A stretch of DNA of 62,388 nucleotides from Anaerovoracaceae bacterium (GTDB lineage: Bacteria; Bacteroidota; Bacteroidia; Bacteroidales; Bacteroidaceae), in the NCBI GenBank assembly GCA_963625535.1, contig CAVFUK010000091.1, positions 1 through 62,388 of the forward strand, read 5' to 3'. The translations under genes and the position numbers were made by a program. This document shows, in pieces, positions 39,900-50,313 of this stretch (positions are counted from its first letter, which is position 1; the number at the start of each line of letters is the position of its first letter). Under the pieces are notes generated by a model. That model saw only the letters and a program-made list of their open reading frames with translations. It searched no databases and was not told where the DNA came from.

Positions 39900-41981
39900 T
39901 TACTCGAAGAGGAAGTGCTTGAGCTTGGCTTGATTGGTGCCGCCATGTACCGAGAAAGTGAGCTTATGCACGCCTTGGGGCACATCTACCTTGAACGACT
40001 GGAGCGACCATTTGCCTCCGGTGGCCTTGACGTTGCAGGTGCCTAACACAGGGCCATCGGCATCGCCTTGGTGCACTTTGATAACCATATCGCTATAGCG
40101 GGCCTTCAACTCAAAGCTGACCTTCGTGGCGGGACGGTCGAAATGGAGATTGAAGAAGGAAATCCACGCGTCCGGCTCTATGTCGCTGAGGAACTGGCTG
40201 GGCATGTAATCGATGGGACGGAAGAGACGCATGCCCTCTTTGTCGTCAAACAGGTCGAAGTCCACCTGCTGCAAGGCGTTGTAGTGGTTGCCATGATACG
40301 AGCTCTCTATCACAAAGCTGTCGAAGTCGGCATGGCCACTCACGGTCCGGCGCAGGTTGTCGGTGGTGTAGTAGGCGGAGTCGTTCGCTGTGGTATGGTT
40401 GTAGCAGCAGAGGGCGTGGCGAAGTCCCAGGAAGCGCCAGAAGCCCGAGGCAGTCTCCTGACCAAAGCGTTCGTAGGTGTAGCCGTCCAAACTATAGGAG
40501 AAGAGTACCGTGCCACGCTTGGTGATCTCGCTGCGAAGCCAGATGTAGGAGAGGTCTGTAGGCAGTGGCTTGCTGCTGACGGTACGGTCGTCCACATGTT
40601 TGCTTTGGTGAATCTCGAGCATCAGTCCGTCCGCCGTGCGACGCACGCCTTGCTGTAGCATCGTGCTACCCATGATGCCATTGCCCGCAAAGTCGTTGAG
40701 TGCCAAGCCCCGCACATCGAGTTTGGCGGTGCCCGTACCGGCAGGCATCACGGCCTTCTGGGTGAAGGAGTTGCGTGCCCACTCGTAGCCCTTGGCCGGT
40801 GAGGCATAGATGCGCAGGTGTCCCTTACGGTCCTTCAAGCTCCATTTCTCGGGGATGGGCACATGGCTGATTTCCCACACAGGTTTCAGCCGAGGAGAGT
40901 CAAAGTCGTCGCTTTCCTGCGGGAACGCCATCTCTTGCTTGGCCTTCACAGCTGGTTTGCGATAAGTTACCACGCCCTTGCCCGGACGGATACGGCTGAT
41001 ACGTTGCTTCAGCGCAGGTGTCAGCTGGGTGGTGTCGCAATCGAGACCCACCACGGGCCAATCGTCCACCCAACGCATGGGGTAGAGCATGATGTCGCGT
41101 CCCATGTAGTCGCGGTCCTGGAATGTGAATGCCCACGATTCGCCTTCGGCCGTATCCACATAGCCGCCTTGGTGCACACCGGCCCGGGCATAGTTGATGT
41201 CGTCGTCGATGAGCATGCGCGTCTCGTAGGGCCCATAGAGGTTACGCGAGCGGCTCACCATCTGGAATCCGTTGTAGCCTTGCGACGGATTGAAGATGTA
41301 GTACCATCCGTTGCGCTTGTAGGTGTGGCAGCCCTCGAAGTAGAGGCGGTATTTGTCGGGAGAGCGGAGAATGACCGTACCCTTGTCTCCCGGAGTCATC
41401 AGTTCGGTTCCCTCATCGTTAAGCCGGGTAATGCGCAGGTCGTTCATGCCATGGAGCACATACTTCTTGCCATCGTCGTCGATGAAGAGTCCCGGGTCGT
41501 AGAGCTCGGACGAGAAGGGATACATGGTGTAGGGGCCTTCGGGCTTGCGGCTCTTGCACATGATGAAGCGGTCGGCCTTCAGATTTACACCTATATAAAA
41601 CCATCCGTCGTAGTAACGCATGGTGGGGGCCCAGCAGGCGCGGCCGTAAGCGGTGTTCTCGTGTTCCATGCTATAGGAGGGAAGGAAGGCAAGGCTGTCG
41701 TAGGCATGCCCTATCACCTTCCAGTTGATCAAGTCCTTGGAGTGGCAGACAGGGATACCCGGCATGCAGGCAAACGAAGAGCTGATCATATAGTAGTCCT
41801 CCCCTACCCGGATGATGTCCGTGTCGGGATAGTCGGCACGGATGATGGGGTTGGTATATGTACCGTCGCCATTGTCAGACGACATCAGGTCGGTATCGAG
41901 ACGCTGTGCGTTCACGGGCAGACAGAGGGCCGTCAGTAGCAGACAAGCCATACTAAAGAGTTTTGTATATTCGTTTTTCAT
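39900..41981 (-). CDS. GH43 glycoside hydrolase with C-terminal beta-sandwich and CBM6-like domain
   Basis: YTNPIIRADYPDTDIIRVG, SKDLINW, WAP, YDPG, FEG, HQGG; CBM6-like DGPVLGTCNVKATGGKW. Confidence 0.9.
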   Translation of the reverse strand: MKNEYTKLFSMACLLLTALCLPVNAQRLDTDLMSSDNGDGTYTNPIIRADYPDTDIIRVGEDYYMISSSFACMPGIPVCHSKDLINWKVIGHAYDSLAFLPSYSMEHENTAYGRACWAPTMRYYDGWFYIGVNLKADRFIMCKSRKPEGPYTMYPFSSELYDPGLFIDDDGKKYVLHGMNDLRITRLNDEGTELMTPGDKGTVILRSPDKYRLYFEGCHTYKRNGWYYIFNPSQGYNGFQMVSRSRNLYGPYETRMLIDDDINYARAGVHQGGYVDTAEGESWAFTFQDRDYMGRDIMLYPMRWVDDWPVVGLDCDTTQLTPALKQRISRIRPGKGVVTYRKPAVKAKQEMAFPQESDDFDSPRLKPVWEISHVPIPEKWSLKDRKGHLRIYASPAKGYEWARNSFTQKAVMPAGTGTAKLDVRGLALNDFAGNGIMGSTMLQQGVRRTADGLMLEIHQSKHVDDRTVSSKPLPTDLSYIWLRSEITKRGTVLFSYSLDGYTYERFGQETASGFWRFLGLRHALCCYNHTTANDSAYYTTDNLRRTVSGHADFDSFVIESSYHGNHYNALQQVDFDLFDDKEGMRLFRPIDYMPSQFLSDIEPDAWISFFNLHFDRPATKVSFELKARYSDMVIKVHQGDADGPVLGTCNVKATGGKWSLQSFKVDVPQGVHKLTFSVHGGTNQAKLKHFLFE

Positions 41982-42023
41982 GAGTCTTGAATCTCCTATA
42001 TATAATAAGGTATATAATTTTCA

Positions 42024-42081
42024 GCAAAAGTCTTCATTTGACATGAAAGACAAGAGGACTATTTCCACGAAGATGTGGATT
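42024..42081 (-). promoter_or_regulatory. GH43 promoter with direct-repeat operator candidate
   Basis: Variant -7 box GACTTTTG (minus, 42025-42032); agaggact (42053) and tgtggatt (42074), 21 bp apart. Confidence 0.5.
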
Positions 42082-42116
42082 ATCTTCGGACCGTGGAAGA
42101 TAATAGTTGATAATAC

Positions 42117-42174
42117 AGAAAAAGAACGTGGATTGAAGGACACCCAAAGGTTCAGATGGTGCTCTTCAATCCAC
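42117..42174 (-). terminator. Terminator of the large minus-strand PUL operon
   Basis: gtggattgaag/cttcaatccac stem with T-rich tract on minus strand. Confidence 0.7.
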
Positions 42175-42196
42175 ATGGTATTAAAAAATTAGACTA

Positions 42197-44569
42197 TCAG
42201 CGTTGTGTTCGGATGTTAACCTTTGCCGTACGTAGTGCAGACTGAGCCTCAACCTTGATGGTCCCTGCTTTGACACCACTGCGCACCACAATCAGGGCCC
42301 GCCCGTTCCAGGTGGTCACATGGGAAGAGACGGTCGGCTCAGTATCCTTCAGATTGGCAGAGGCAGCTGCCAACAAGGTGCCTTGACCGGTAACCTTCAC
42401 CTCCACGGGGATATTGGCATTGGGCACGATGCGTCCTTCGTTGTCTATCGCCTCGACGATGATGAACGAGAGATCCTGACCATCAGCAGCTAACCGATTG
42501 CGGTCCGGCGTAAGGCGCAGGGCTACGGGCTGACCGGCAGTAGCGAGTGTAACGCTGTCCAACTCTTTACCATTGTCATCCAGCGCAACGGCTCGGAGCG
42601 TGCCTGGTTGGTAAGGGATAGGGAAGACGGCCTTGAACTCTGTGGAACGGTCGACTCTCTTCTGCCCCACTTCCTTGTCATTGAGAAAGAGCTTCACCAC
42701 CGCAGCTTTTGTGCAAATCTCCACCTCTATGGTCTTGCCCTCGTGGCCCGGCCAATTCCACGATTCCCAAGTGGGCCAAACGGACCACAAGGTCTCACGT
42801 ATCTCACCATTGTATCCATCGGGTTCACGCACAGCCATGTAGAGGGTCGGGGCCGTGTCTCTGTTCCACAAGAGATTGCGATAGTGCGATATCGGCTTGC
42901 GCCACCCAGTGAGGTCCACATCTCCGCAATAGGTACCATGCCAAGGGAAGTGTGGACGTTTGTAGTGCTCGCCTTCACTCTCTCCTTTATAATAGTAACG
43001 GCCGATGCCCGACTCTCCCAAGTAGTCGAGTCCAGTCCAGACGATGTCGCTCACGATGTAAGGATGGTCCGCCACCAACCTCCAGTTCTTAAAGGCATCG
43101 CGCGGATAACTCTCGGTCTGCCACATGACTCGCTCGGGCAAACGTTCGTGGTCCGCAGCATGATGGTGTATCATGTAGTTGTAGCCTACGACATCGAGCA
43201 CATCGGCATGCGGATCGAACAGGGACCATTCCTTGTCGGTCTTGTCCCAAGAGCAGAGGGACTCGGTGACGGGGCGTGTAGCATCGTGACGCAACACTTC
43301 TGCCTTGAACTTGCGGGCCGTGGTGATGATGTCGATGGTACGGCGCTCCAGCACTTCGTTGCCGATGCTCCAGCAGATGACACTGGGGTGGTTGCGGTCG
43401 CGCAGAACGAGCGACGCGATGTCCTGTTGCCAGCAAGAGTCAATCATCGTGGAGTAGTCGTACTTGTTCTTGGCCTTGTACCAGTTGTCGAAAGCCTCAT
43501 CGATAACGAGCATGCCGATGCTATCGCAGGCATCGAGAAAAGCCTTGGTGGAGGGGTTGTGCGAAGTGCGTATGAGGTTGAAACCAGCCTCTTTCATCTG
43601 TCGCACCTTGCGAATCTCGGCACGGTCGAAAGCGGCAGCTCCCAACACCCCATCATCGTGGTGCACACAGGCACCATTGAGCATCACCCGTTTGCCATTG
43701 AGCACAAAACCCTCCCTGGCACTGAACGAGAAACTGCGCACACCAAACGTCGCCTCTTGCATGCCTACTGGCTTGCCCTGTTCGTTGAGCGATACCTGTG
43801 TCTTATATAGGTAAGGCGACTCCGGTGACCAAAGACGGGGATGGTCGATGGTGTAGGTGGTGGAGACGGTCTTTGTCTCTCCCGGATTCAACGACAAAGG
43901 AAGGATCTTCTCGCCTACCGCTACATCGGCTTTGCGCGGATTGACGGATTCGTTGGTGACAGTCACGGTCACGCATACCGTAGCCTGAGTGGCGCTCACC
44001 TGCGGAGTGGTCACATACACTCCATTGTCGGCAATGTGCAATGCGTCGGAGGTCTGCAGCCACACATGGCGGTAGATGCCCGAGCCGCTATACCAACGGC
44101 AGTTGGGCTGTTGGGAGTTGTCCACGCGCACCGCCACCACATTGTTTTGCTTGGCATCCGCCTGCAAATAGGGCGTGATATCAATGGTGAAGGGAGTGTA
44201 GCCATAGCCGTGCTGACCGGCCAACTGTCCGTTCACATAGACTTGGCTCTTTTGATAGACTCCCTCGAAATGGAGTTTCACCAATTGACCATTGGCAGGA
44301 GTCTTGAAGGACTTCCGGTACCAACCGATGCCACCGGGATAGTATCCGCCACCATTGCCCATAGGGGCCTCGGCGTAAGGGGCGTGACAGATGTCCCAAT
44401 CATGTGGCAAATCCACCTTTTGCCAAGAGGTGTCGTTATAGGCAGGCGTCTGTGCCTCGGGAACATCCTGTTCCGTAAACTTCCACCCGAAATCGAAGAG
44501 TGTGGAAGAGACTTGTCCTTTGGCTGCGAAGCAAAGGAGGAGGAGAGATAATGTCAGTAAGGGTTTCAT
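42197..44569 (-). CDS. Glycoside hydrolase family 2 (paralog of 29244-31655)
   Basis: LPHDWDI, RWYSGSGIYRHVWL, GACVHHDDG, RTSHNP, WSIGNE, DYLGESGIG, WPTWESWNWPGHEG. Confidence 0.93.
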   Translation of the reverse strand: MKPLLTLSLLLLCFAAKGQVSSTLFDFGWKFTEQDVPEAQTPAYNDTSWQKVDLPHDWDICHAPYAEAPMGNGGGYYPGGIGWYRKSFKTPANGQLVKLHFEGVYQKSQVYVNGQLAGQHGYGYTPFTIDITPYLQADAKQNNVVAVRVDNSQQPNCRWYSGSGIYRHVWLQTSDALHIADNGVYVTTPQVSATQATVCVTVTVTNESVNPRKADVAVGEKILPLSLNPGETKTVSTTYTIDHPRLWSPESPYLYKTQVSLNEQGKPVGMQEATFGVRSFSFSAREGFVLNGKRVMLNGACVHHDDGVLGAAAFDRAEIRKVRQMKEAGFNLIRTSHNPSTKAFLDACDSIGMLVIDEAFDNWYKAKNKYDYSTMIDSCWQQDIASLVLRDRNHPSVICWSIGNEVLERRTIDIITTARKFKAEVLRHDATRPVTESLCSWDKTDKEWSLFDPHADVLDVVGYNYMIHHHAADHERLPERVMWQTESYPRDAFKNWRLVADHPYIVSDIVWTGLDYLGESGIGRYYYKGESEGEHYKRPHFPWHGTYCGDVDLTGWRKPISHYRNLLWNRDTAPTLYMAVREPDGYNGEIRETLWSVWPTWESWNWPGHEGKTIEVEICTKAAVVKLFLNDKEVGQKRVDRSTEFKAVFPIPYQPGTLRAVALDDNGKELDSVTLATAGQPVALRLTPDRNRLAADGQDLSFIIVEAIDNEGRIVPNANIPVEVKVTGQGTLLAAASANLKDTEPTVSSHVTTWNGRALIVVRSGVKAGTIKVEAQSALRTAKVNIRTQR

Positions 44570-44590
44570 GTTATTTGCATCAAGTTATGT

Positions 44591-46642
44591 TCAATGATGT
44601 GCCTTCACACGCAATATAGTATAGGAGAAGGGGGCGAACGTGTAGCCGAACGTCTTCGCAAATTTAGTGAATTTCTCCGTAACGGGGACAATCTTGGTAG
44701 GTGCTTCGAGCGTATTCTCCTCTTTACCGTCTGCAGCCCGCAGGGTGATGACCGTTCCTTTGGGCAGCACCTTGGTGGCTCCCTGCAACTCGAAGGTGGT
44801 TGCATAGGGAAGCTTGGAGGCATTCACTACTTTGATGACCAGCTCCCGGGCTGTCTCGTCATACCCGGTCGCCACGAATTGCAAGGGGCAGTCTTTCAGC
44901 AAATCCCAGTCCGTGAGGCATCCGGTGGTGTCCACACGACCCACCTCCATGCTGTTCTTCACGTTGTAGGTGGGACGGTTCTCGGCAGCCATCTTCTGCA
45001 CATAGTAGGAGCTGCGGCCCATCACCCGGTCGGTGTCTATCCATATCAAGTTGGTCTTCCAACGCCGATTGTTGCTGTTCTCGAAGAGAGGAGCATAGGA
45101 TGCCATAGTCACCAGGTCGCCATTGCGTTCCATCCCCCCGATGAACGCTGCCTCACTGAGGGCGGCATACATGTTGCCGCTTCCTACCTCTCCATTGCAG
45201 GCATACTCGCCCACATAGACTTTGTACTTGCCTCGCTCCCACTTGTCGAAGAGACGGGTGTTCTTGAAGAAGAAGTCAGGAGCGACATACCAGTGCGGGT
45301 CTATCATGTCCGTTTTGGGGATGGGACCCGACTCGCGTTTCCTCATTATGTTATATATGAGCGTCAGTTGTGGGTATCGAGCCTTGATGGTCTCATAGAA
45401 CAGGTTGAACCGTTTCTCGTACACCGGTCCCCAGTTTTCGTTACCTATCTCCACGTACTGGAGCGGGAATGGCTTGGGATGACCATTGGCCGCACGCCGT
45501 GCGCCCCAGGTGGTGGTCACGTCGCCTATGGCATATTCGATGGCATCGAGGCAATCGTCGAGATAGTATTGCACAGAGTCTTCGGAGCAGACATTAGCCA
45601 GACGGAGCGTGCAGTCCATGCCCACATTGCAGACGTACATGGTCTTTGCGCCTATGTCCTCACAATACTGAAGTATCTCGTGGTAGCCCATGCCATAGGT
45701 GGTGCGATAGCCCCACAGCATGTACTCTCCGGGACGGGAGGCGGGGTCGCCCAAGGTCCTCTTCCAGTCGAAGCGGTTGTCCAGCGTGATGCCCTCCACA
45801 ACGCAACCTCCGGGCCAGCGAAAGAAGGCGGGCTGCAGTCCGGCCAACGTCTGTGCCACATCCCGACGCATGCCATTTGGACGACCGTTGAAGGTCTCTT
45901 TGGGGAAGAGCGACACATAGTCGAGCCACACAACTCCCGTAGCGTCGAACTCGATAGCCAAGCGAGCCCTACTATCCGTACCCTTGGCAGTGAGGGTAAG
46001 TCTCAAGTCGTTCCATCCGCTGCCTTTCACCTTTATGGGAGCGGAAGCGATGGACTCGCCTTTTTGATTTATCAGTTTAGCCGTAATGGTTCCTTTGTAG
46101 GCTTCGTCGCGACGGACAATGGCACGCAACAGATATTTCTTTCCTTTCATCACATTCATGCCCCAGTAACCTTCGTTGATTAGCGAGACGGGGACTCCCT
46201 CCTGTGCGATAGTCACCTTCAGATTGTTGGGAGCGGTGCTGAACAAAGGCTGATCTTTGGTTAGGGTCATCGTAGCGGTTGTAGGGTCTTCGACAGAGAG
46301 CGACCAGCCTCGCACCGGCTCCGGGTACCATGGGAAGGTTTTGTTGTAGGACTTGCCCGAGAGGTGGTTGGTGCCTACGGGAGAAACCAGCCAGCGCTTC
46401 TCGTCGAGGGAGTATCCCGGTAGCATCTCCCCATCCTCGAAGCTGCGGTTTTGCACCAGTTCGGCATAGAGCCCGCCGTCTCCGGCATGGTTTATCTCCT
46501 CGAAGAATACTCCATACATCGAAGGGGATATGGTGGATCCCTTCTCGTTCAGGTCAATCACGATATGTTCCTCCGCCCTGACCTGAGCCGACAAGACCGA
46601 ACAGCAGAGCATGCACATTACAAAGAGTGGTATCTTAATCAT
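44591..46642 (-). CDS. Alpha-L-arabinofuranosidase, GH51
   Basis: GVFFEEINHAGDGGLYAEL, RWPGGC, EIGNENW, VGEY, MASYAPL. Confidence 0.93.
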   Translation of the reverse strand: MIKIPLFVMCMLCCSVLSAQVRAEEHIVIDLNEKGSTISPSMYGVFFEEINHAGDGGLYAELVQNRSFEDGEMLPGYSLDEKRWLVSPVGTNHLSGKSYNKTFPWYPEPVRGWSLSVEDPTTATMTLTKDQPLFSTAPNNLKVTIAQEGVPVSLINEGYWGMNVMKGKKYLLRAIVRRDEAYKGTITAKLINQKGESIASAPIKVKGSGWNDLRLTLTAKGTDSRARLAIEFDATGVVWLDYVSLFPKETFNGRPNGMRRDVAQTLAGLQPAFFRWPGGCVVEGITLDNRFDWKRTLGDPASRPGEYMLWGYRTTYGMGYHEILQYCEDIGAKTMYVCNVGMDCTLRLANVCSEDSVQYYLDDCLDAIEYAIGDVTTTWGARRAANGHPKPFPLQYVEIGNENWGPVYEKRFNLFYETIKARYPQLTLIYNIMRKRESGPIPKTDMIDPHWYVAPDFFFKNTRLFDKWERGKYKVYVGEYACNGEVGSGNMYAALSEAAFIGGMERNGDLVTMASYAPLFENSNNRRWKTNLIWIDTDRVMGRSSYYVQKMAAENRPTYNVKNSMEVGRVDTTGCLTDWDLLKDCPLQFVATGYDETARELVIKVVNASKLPYATTFELQGATKVLPKGTVITLRAADGKEENTLEAPTKIVPVTEKFTKFAKTFGYTFAPFSYTILRVKAHH

Positions 46643-46667
46643 ACAGAATCCTTATTTAATGTAAAGA

Positions 46668-46705
46668 GAGGAGGGCCGCCCCATAGTAGAACGGCGGTCC
46701 TCCTC
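46668..46705 (-). terminator. Intra-operon hairpin between surface protein and GH51
   Basis: gaggagggccgcc/ggcggtcctcctc stem flanked by taatgtaaa direct repeats. Confidence 0.65.
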
Positions 46706-46720
46706 ATCACCTAATGTAAA

Positions 46721-48373
46721 CTATTTGAGCCAACGGGTATCGCCGGAGCGATTGACCACGATGGGGGATGTGGCATCGTTGATTGTAAAGTCGGCCTTCA
46801 CGGGGTCGGCATACAAATCAGCGGCATAGATATCGAGGTCGGTGGCGTTGATGTCCTTACCGCCCAACTGGTAGTCCTTGGTGGTATAGTTGTTGGAGAA
46901 CGAAGTGGTGGTGTTGGCACCAATGTTGTAGATGCGTCCGCAAGGCGAAGCGATGACCACGCCTTCCATCACAAATTCAGACCCTTCGGCATTACGGATA
47001 TCAATCATCTGAGAGTTGCGGCAGAAGTGGTAGAACGTAACGTTCTTGTACTCCAAGTGGATGGGGTGTTTCAGGTTAGCGGCAGAGAACACATTGCCCC
47101 AACCACCGACACCGGTCTCCAGGTTCTGGTCGTTGCAGAACGTACAGTTGCGGAACGACACATTGTCGAACTGGTCGTACGAGGTGTTGATGTTGTCCGA
47201 ACCAATGGCAAACGTACCATAGCAGCTACCCTGCCAACCGCACTGGTTGATTGTACAACCTTCCATCTCGAAGTTCATGATGTGCTTGGAGGTTGCACCC
47301 TGATGACGCCAGAATCCACGGGTGATGCGTGTGAAGTCGCAGTTGACGAAGCTGACGTTCTCAATGGTGAAAGTGCTGCTGGTATTGAAGAAGTACTTGT
47401 TCAGAATCTCGTAGCCCTGCTGGAACTCGATGTTCTCGAACTCCCAGTTGGAGATGTACACACCATTCTGAATACCCCAGTTACTGGTAATCTGGAGAAT
47501 CGGCTTCGGACCGTCGTAGCTACCCACAATCTTGAATCCCTTGGAGATCTTAACCGGACTGATTGTGTAGTATGAACCTGCGGGGAGGTAATACTCTGTA
47601 CCCTCCGGAATCTCCGGGTCGGAGTTGTTCTGCGTCAGGATGGCATTGAAGTCGTCTTCCAGTCCGATGATGATGCTGATGGCCGACGGACCTGCCGTAC
47701 GGAACTGCACCTGGTTGTAGGGTTTGTCGTAGGTACGCGGTTTGGTGGTGTCGTAGACATTGGCCACGTAGATGGTGTTCTTGTCCAGCCCCTCCACCTC
47801 GGCACTACCTTTGGCGATCTCTTCGGCAGTCAGATAGCGTGAAACGAACCTCACAGTGTCGTTCTTCTGTGCCGGCATCACGCTGATGCTGTCCACGGGA
47901 TTGTCCGGGTCGACCTGCCAACGGATTACTGCGGAGTTCTCCTTAATCTCGGTCTTCGACACGTTCTCCACAATCTTGGCATAGGCCGGACGTGCCTCGG
48001 TGGCGGCACTCGTCTCGGTCCACTGCGAGTTGTTCACAGGGTCCTGGGCATTGCTTCGCACACGGATGTAGAAGGTAGTGGCATAGGGTATGTCGTCCAA
48101 CACTACGTAAGGATCCTTGGTCTCCACTGTCGTAAAGAGGTTCTCGGCACTGAATGAACTGGTGGTGACCTCTACGGTGTAAGATACGGCATCGTTTACT
48201 TTGTACCATACCAGCGACACTTTGTTGAGCGTCACTTGCGGATCGTCTATCAACCGTGGTTGAAACAAATCCTTTATCTTGGTGTAGTTGTCCTCCGAGC
48301 AACCTGTGTAGAAAAGTCCACACAGCAAGGCGAACACCACAACGACTATTTTATGTAATCTGTTTTTCATCAT
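46721..48373 (-). CDS. Surface glycan-binding lipoprotein (FN3 + DUF4957/DUF5123-like beta-helix)
   Basis: Lipobox YTGC, LFQPR, FN3-like W/Y pattern, beta-helix repeats (SFVNCDF, SFRNCTF), terminal GDTRW; follows SusD. Confidence 0.8.
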   Translation of the reverse strand: MMKNRLHKIVVVVFALLCGLFYTGCSEDNYTKIKDLFQPRLIDDPQVTLNKVSLVWYKVNDAVSYTVEVTTSSFSAENLFTTVETKDPYVVLDDIPYATTFYIRVRSNAQDPVNNSQWTETSAATEARPAYAKIVENVSKTEIKENSAVIRWQVDPDNPVDSISVMPAQKNDTVRFVSRYLTAEEIAKGSAEVEGLDKNTIYVANVYDTTKPRTYDKPYNQVQFRTAGPSAISIIIGLEDDFNAILTQNNSDPEIPEGTEYYLPAGSYYTISPVKISKGFKIVGSYDGPKPILQITSNWGIQNGVYISNWEFENIEFQQGYEILNKYFFNTSSTFTIENVSFVNCDFTRITRGFWRHQGATSKHIMNFEMEGCTINQCGWQGSCYGTFAIGSDNINTSYDQFDNVSFRNCTFCNDQNLETGVGGWGNVFSAANLKHPIHLEYKNVTFYHFCRNSQMIDIRNAEGSEFVMEGVVIASPCGRIYNIGANTTTSFSNNYTTKDYQLGGKDINATDLDIYAADLYADPVKADFTINDATSPIVVNRSGDTRWLK

Positions 48374-48382
48374 GTCTATGAT

Positions 48383-50293
48383 TTAATATGCATAATAGTT
48401 TTTAATCTTTCCTCTGTGGTCGGTTATCACTTTAGAAGGATAGGGGCAGAGGTATCTCACGGGGTCGGTAGGTTTCACAAGGTCGTCGTTTCCTTCGTTG
48501 ATGAATCCGCGGAAGCTCCAGTAGATGGCATCGGTGATGACGAACTCTTGTGTCTCCTTATCCAGCACTCGCCAAGCTTTGGCATACTCCAGCTCACTCT
48601 TCTTGCCCGAGGGGATAACCATGTCGGGACCATACTGGTCGATGCCATAGATGTCGAGGATGGTGCGGTCGGGGTAGTTGGGGTCTTGTTTCTCCATGTA
48701 GTAGATGGTCTCGGGCACTTTCTCCACTCCCGGTATGTACATACCGTTTGCGACCAACGCCCAGTTGATGAGTTGGTTGTAGAGGTTGTAGATGACCTCA
48801 CCGTACTTGTTCCAACGGGCCAAGTCATACTTGCGGATGCTCTCGCCACCAAACTCCCACATACGTTCGTCCATGATGGCTTTGAAGAAATCTTCTTTCG
48901 TGCCCAGAGACTCCACATAAGTCTCTACCTTGTCCACCCACAGAGAGGAATCGAAGGCACGACGGCGCACTTGCTTCAGTGCCTCTTTAGCCTCGGCGAT
49001 AGGACCGGAGAGTTCGTTGACAACCTCGGCATACATCAGCAACACGTCGGCGTAACGCATGCGGATGCTGTTGATGCCCGTGCCGGAGCCACTGGTAGAT
49101 CCCAGCGGAGACTCCATGTAGAGTTTGTTCCACTTACCTATGCCCATGGCACAGAATCCCATGTCAATCTGTTGGTTGAGGTTCTCATCGTACTTATAGG
49201 GCACGCAGGTGATGTCGCGTCGCAAGTCCTGCGTGTCGAAGGTGTAGATGTACGTCGGGGTGTAGTGTACGTAGTTGCGCGCACTGCCATAAGCATGGTC
49301 GCCCTCGGTAATGGTGACACCGATGCGGTAGCCAAACTGTCCGGTCGTTCCCTTGAGCATCGGCACCTCGAACAGCACATCGTCGTTGCTGATTAACTTC
49401 CAGTTGCACTCGTTGTACCACAACTCCTTGAAGCTCTGGGTCAGGCTGTGCTTGCCCTCGCTGATGACTTTACCAAGGTATTCCTTGGCAATCTGATAAT
49501 AGTCCAAATAGTCGGCCGTGCGTTGCATGGTACCCACGCTGGCGGCATTGGTTGTGTCGGGACGGAGAGTCCATCCACCCCGATAGAGAGCCAACTGGCC
49601 TATCAATGCCTGGCAATACTCGCGCGAGGCACGTTCCACACCATAGTCCAGACTCTCGGCATAGAGCATCATAGGCTCTACGCTCTTCAGGTCGTCAATC
49701 AAGAACTCCAGTATCTCGTTGCGGTCTGTCGTGCCCTTGGCGAAGAAGTCATCGGTCGATTTGGACGGTTCTGTGACGAACACCACATCGCCCCAAGTAC
49801 GTATCAAGTCGAGGTAGAACAGAGCACGGAGTGTCTTCACCTCGCCATACATCTGCTGCAACTCAGAAGGACCTTTCTCGCCCACCTCTTTGGTGAAGCG
49901 TGGCAGTGCCTCCACAGACTCAATGAAGTCGTTGGCATAGTTGATGACCGAATACATGTTGTTCCACAAAGAGTTGAGGGTAGACCAGTAGGGTCTGGAA
50001 TCGAAACAACCGATGTCGGCCCCCGATGTGGATACTGTATTGTTTGAGTAAGAGGAGAACTCCACATCCGTGTTGGTATTCAAGCCATAGACCAGCGTAG
50101 AGCCATAGAGACCGTCCGTCGTCATGGATGAGTAAATCTGTGTCATCAATGACTTTATCTCGTCGTCCGAAGAGAAGACATAATCCGATGTGAAACCTGA
50201 GCCAGGTTCTACATCCAGGAAGTCGTCACACGCCGTGGTGGAGAGCATTCCACACAACGCGATGCCGGCATATATTAGTTTTTTATTCATCAT
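48383..50293 (-). CDS. RagB/SusD family lipoprotein
   Basis: Lipobox TTAC, GEVKTLRALFYLDLIRTWGDV, MRYADVLLMYAE, ERMWEFGGESIRKYDLARW. Confidence 0.96.
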   Translation of the reverse strand: MMNKKLIYAGIALCGMLSTTACDDFLDVEPGSGFTSDYVFSSDDEIKSLMTQIYSSMTTDGLYGSTLVYGLNTNTDVEFSSYSNNTVSTSGADIGCFDSRPYWSTLNSLWNNMYSVINYANDFIESVEALPRFTKEVGEKGPSELQQMYGEVKTLRALFYLDLIRTWGDVVFVTEPSKSTDDFFAKGTTDRNEILEFLIDDLKSVEPMMLYAESLDYGVERASREYCQALIGQLALYRGGWTLRPDTTNAASVGTMQRTADYLDYYQIAKEYLGKVISEGKHSLTQSFKELWYNECNWKLISNDDVLFEVPMLKGTTGQFGYRIGVTITEGDHAYGSARNYVHYTPTYIYTFDTQDLRRDITCVPYKYDENLNQQIDMGFCAMGIGKWNKLYMESPLGSTSGSGTGINSIRMRYADVLLMYAEVVNELSGPIAEAKEALKQVRRRAFDSSLWVDKVETYVESLGTKEDFFKAIMDERMWEFGGESIRKYDLARWNKYGEVIYNLYNQLINWALVANGMYIPGVEKVPETIYYMEKQDPNYPDRTILDIYGIDQYGPDMVIPSGKKSELEYAKAWRVLDKETQEFVITDAIYWSFRGFINEGNDDLVKPTDPVRYLCPYPSKVITDHRGKIKNYYAY

Positions 50294-50313
50294 TGTTCGT
50301 GTTTTACGATTAA

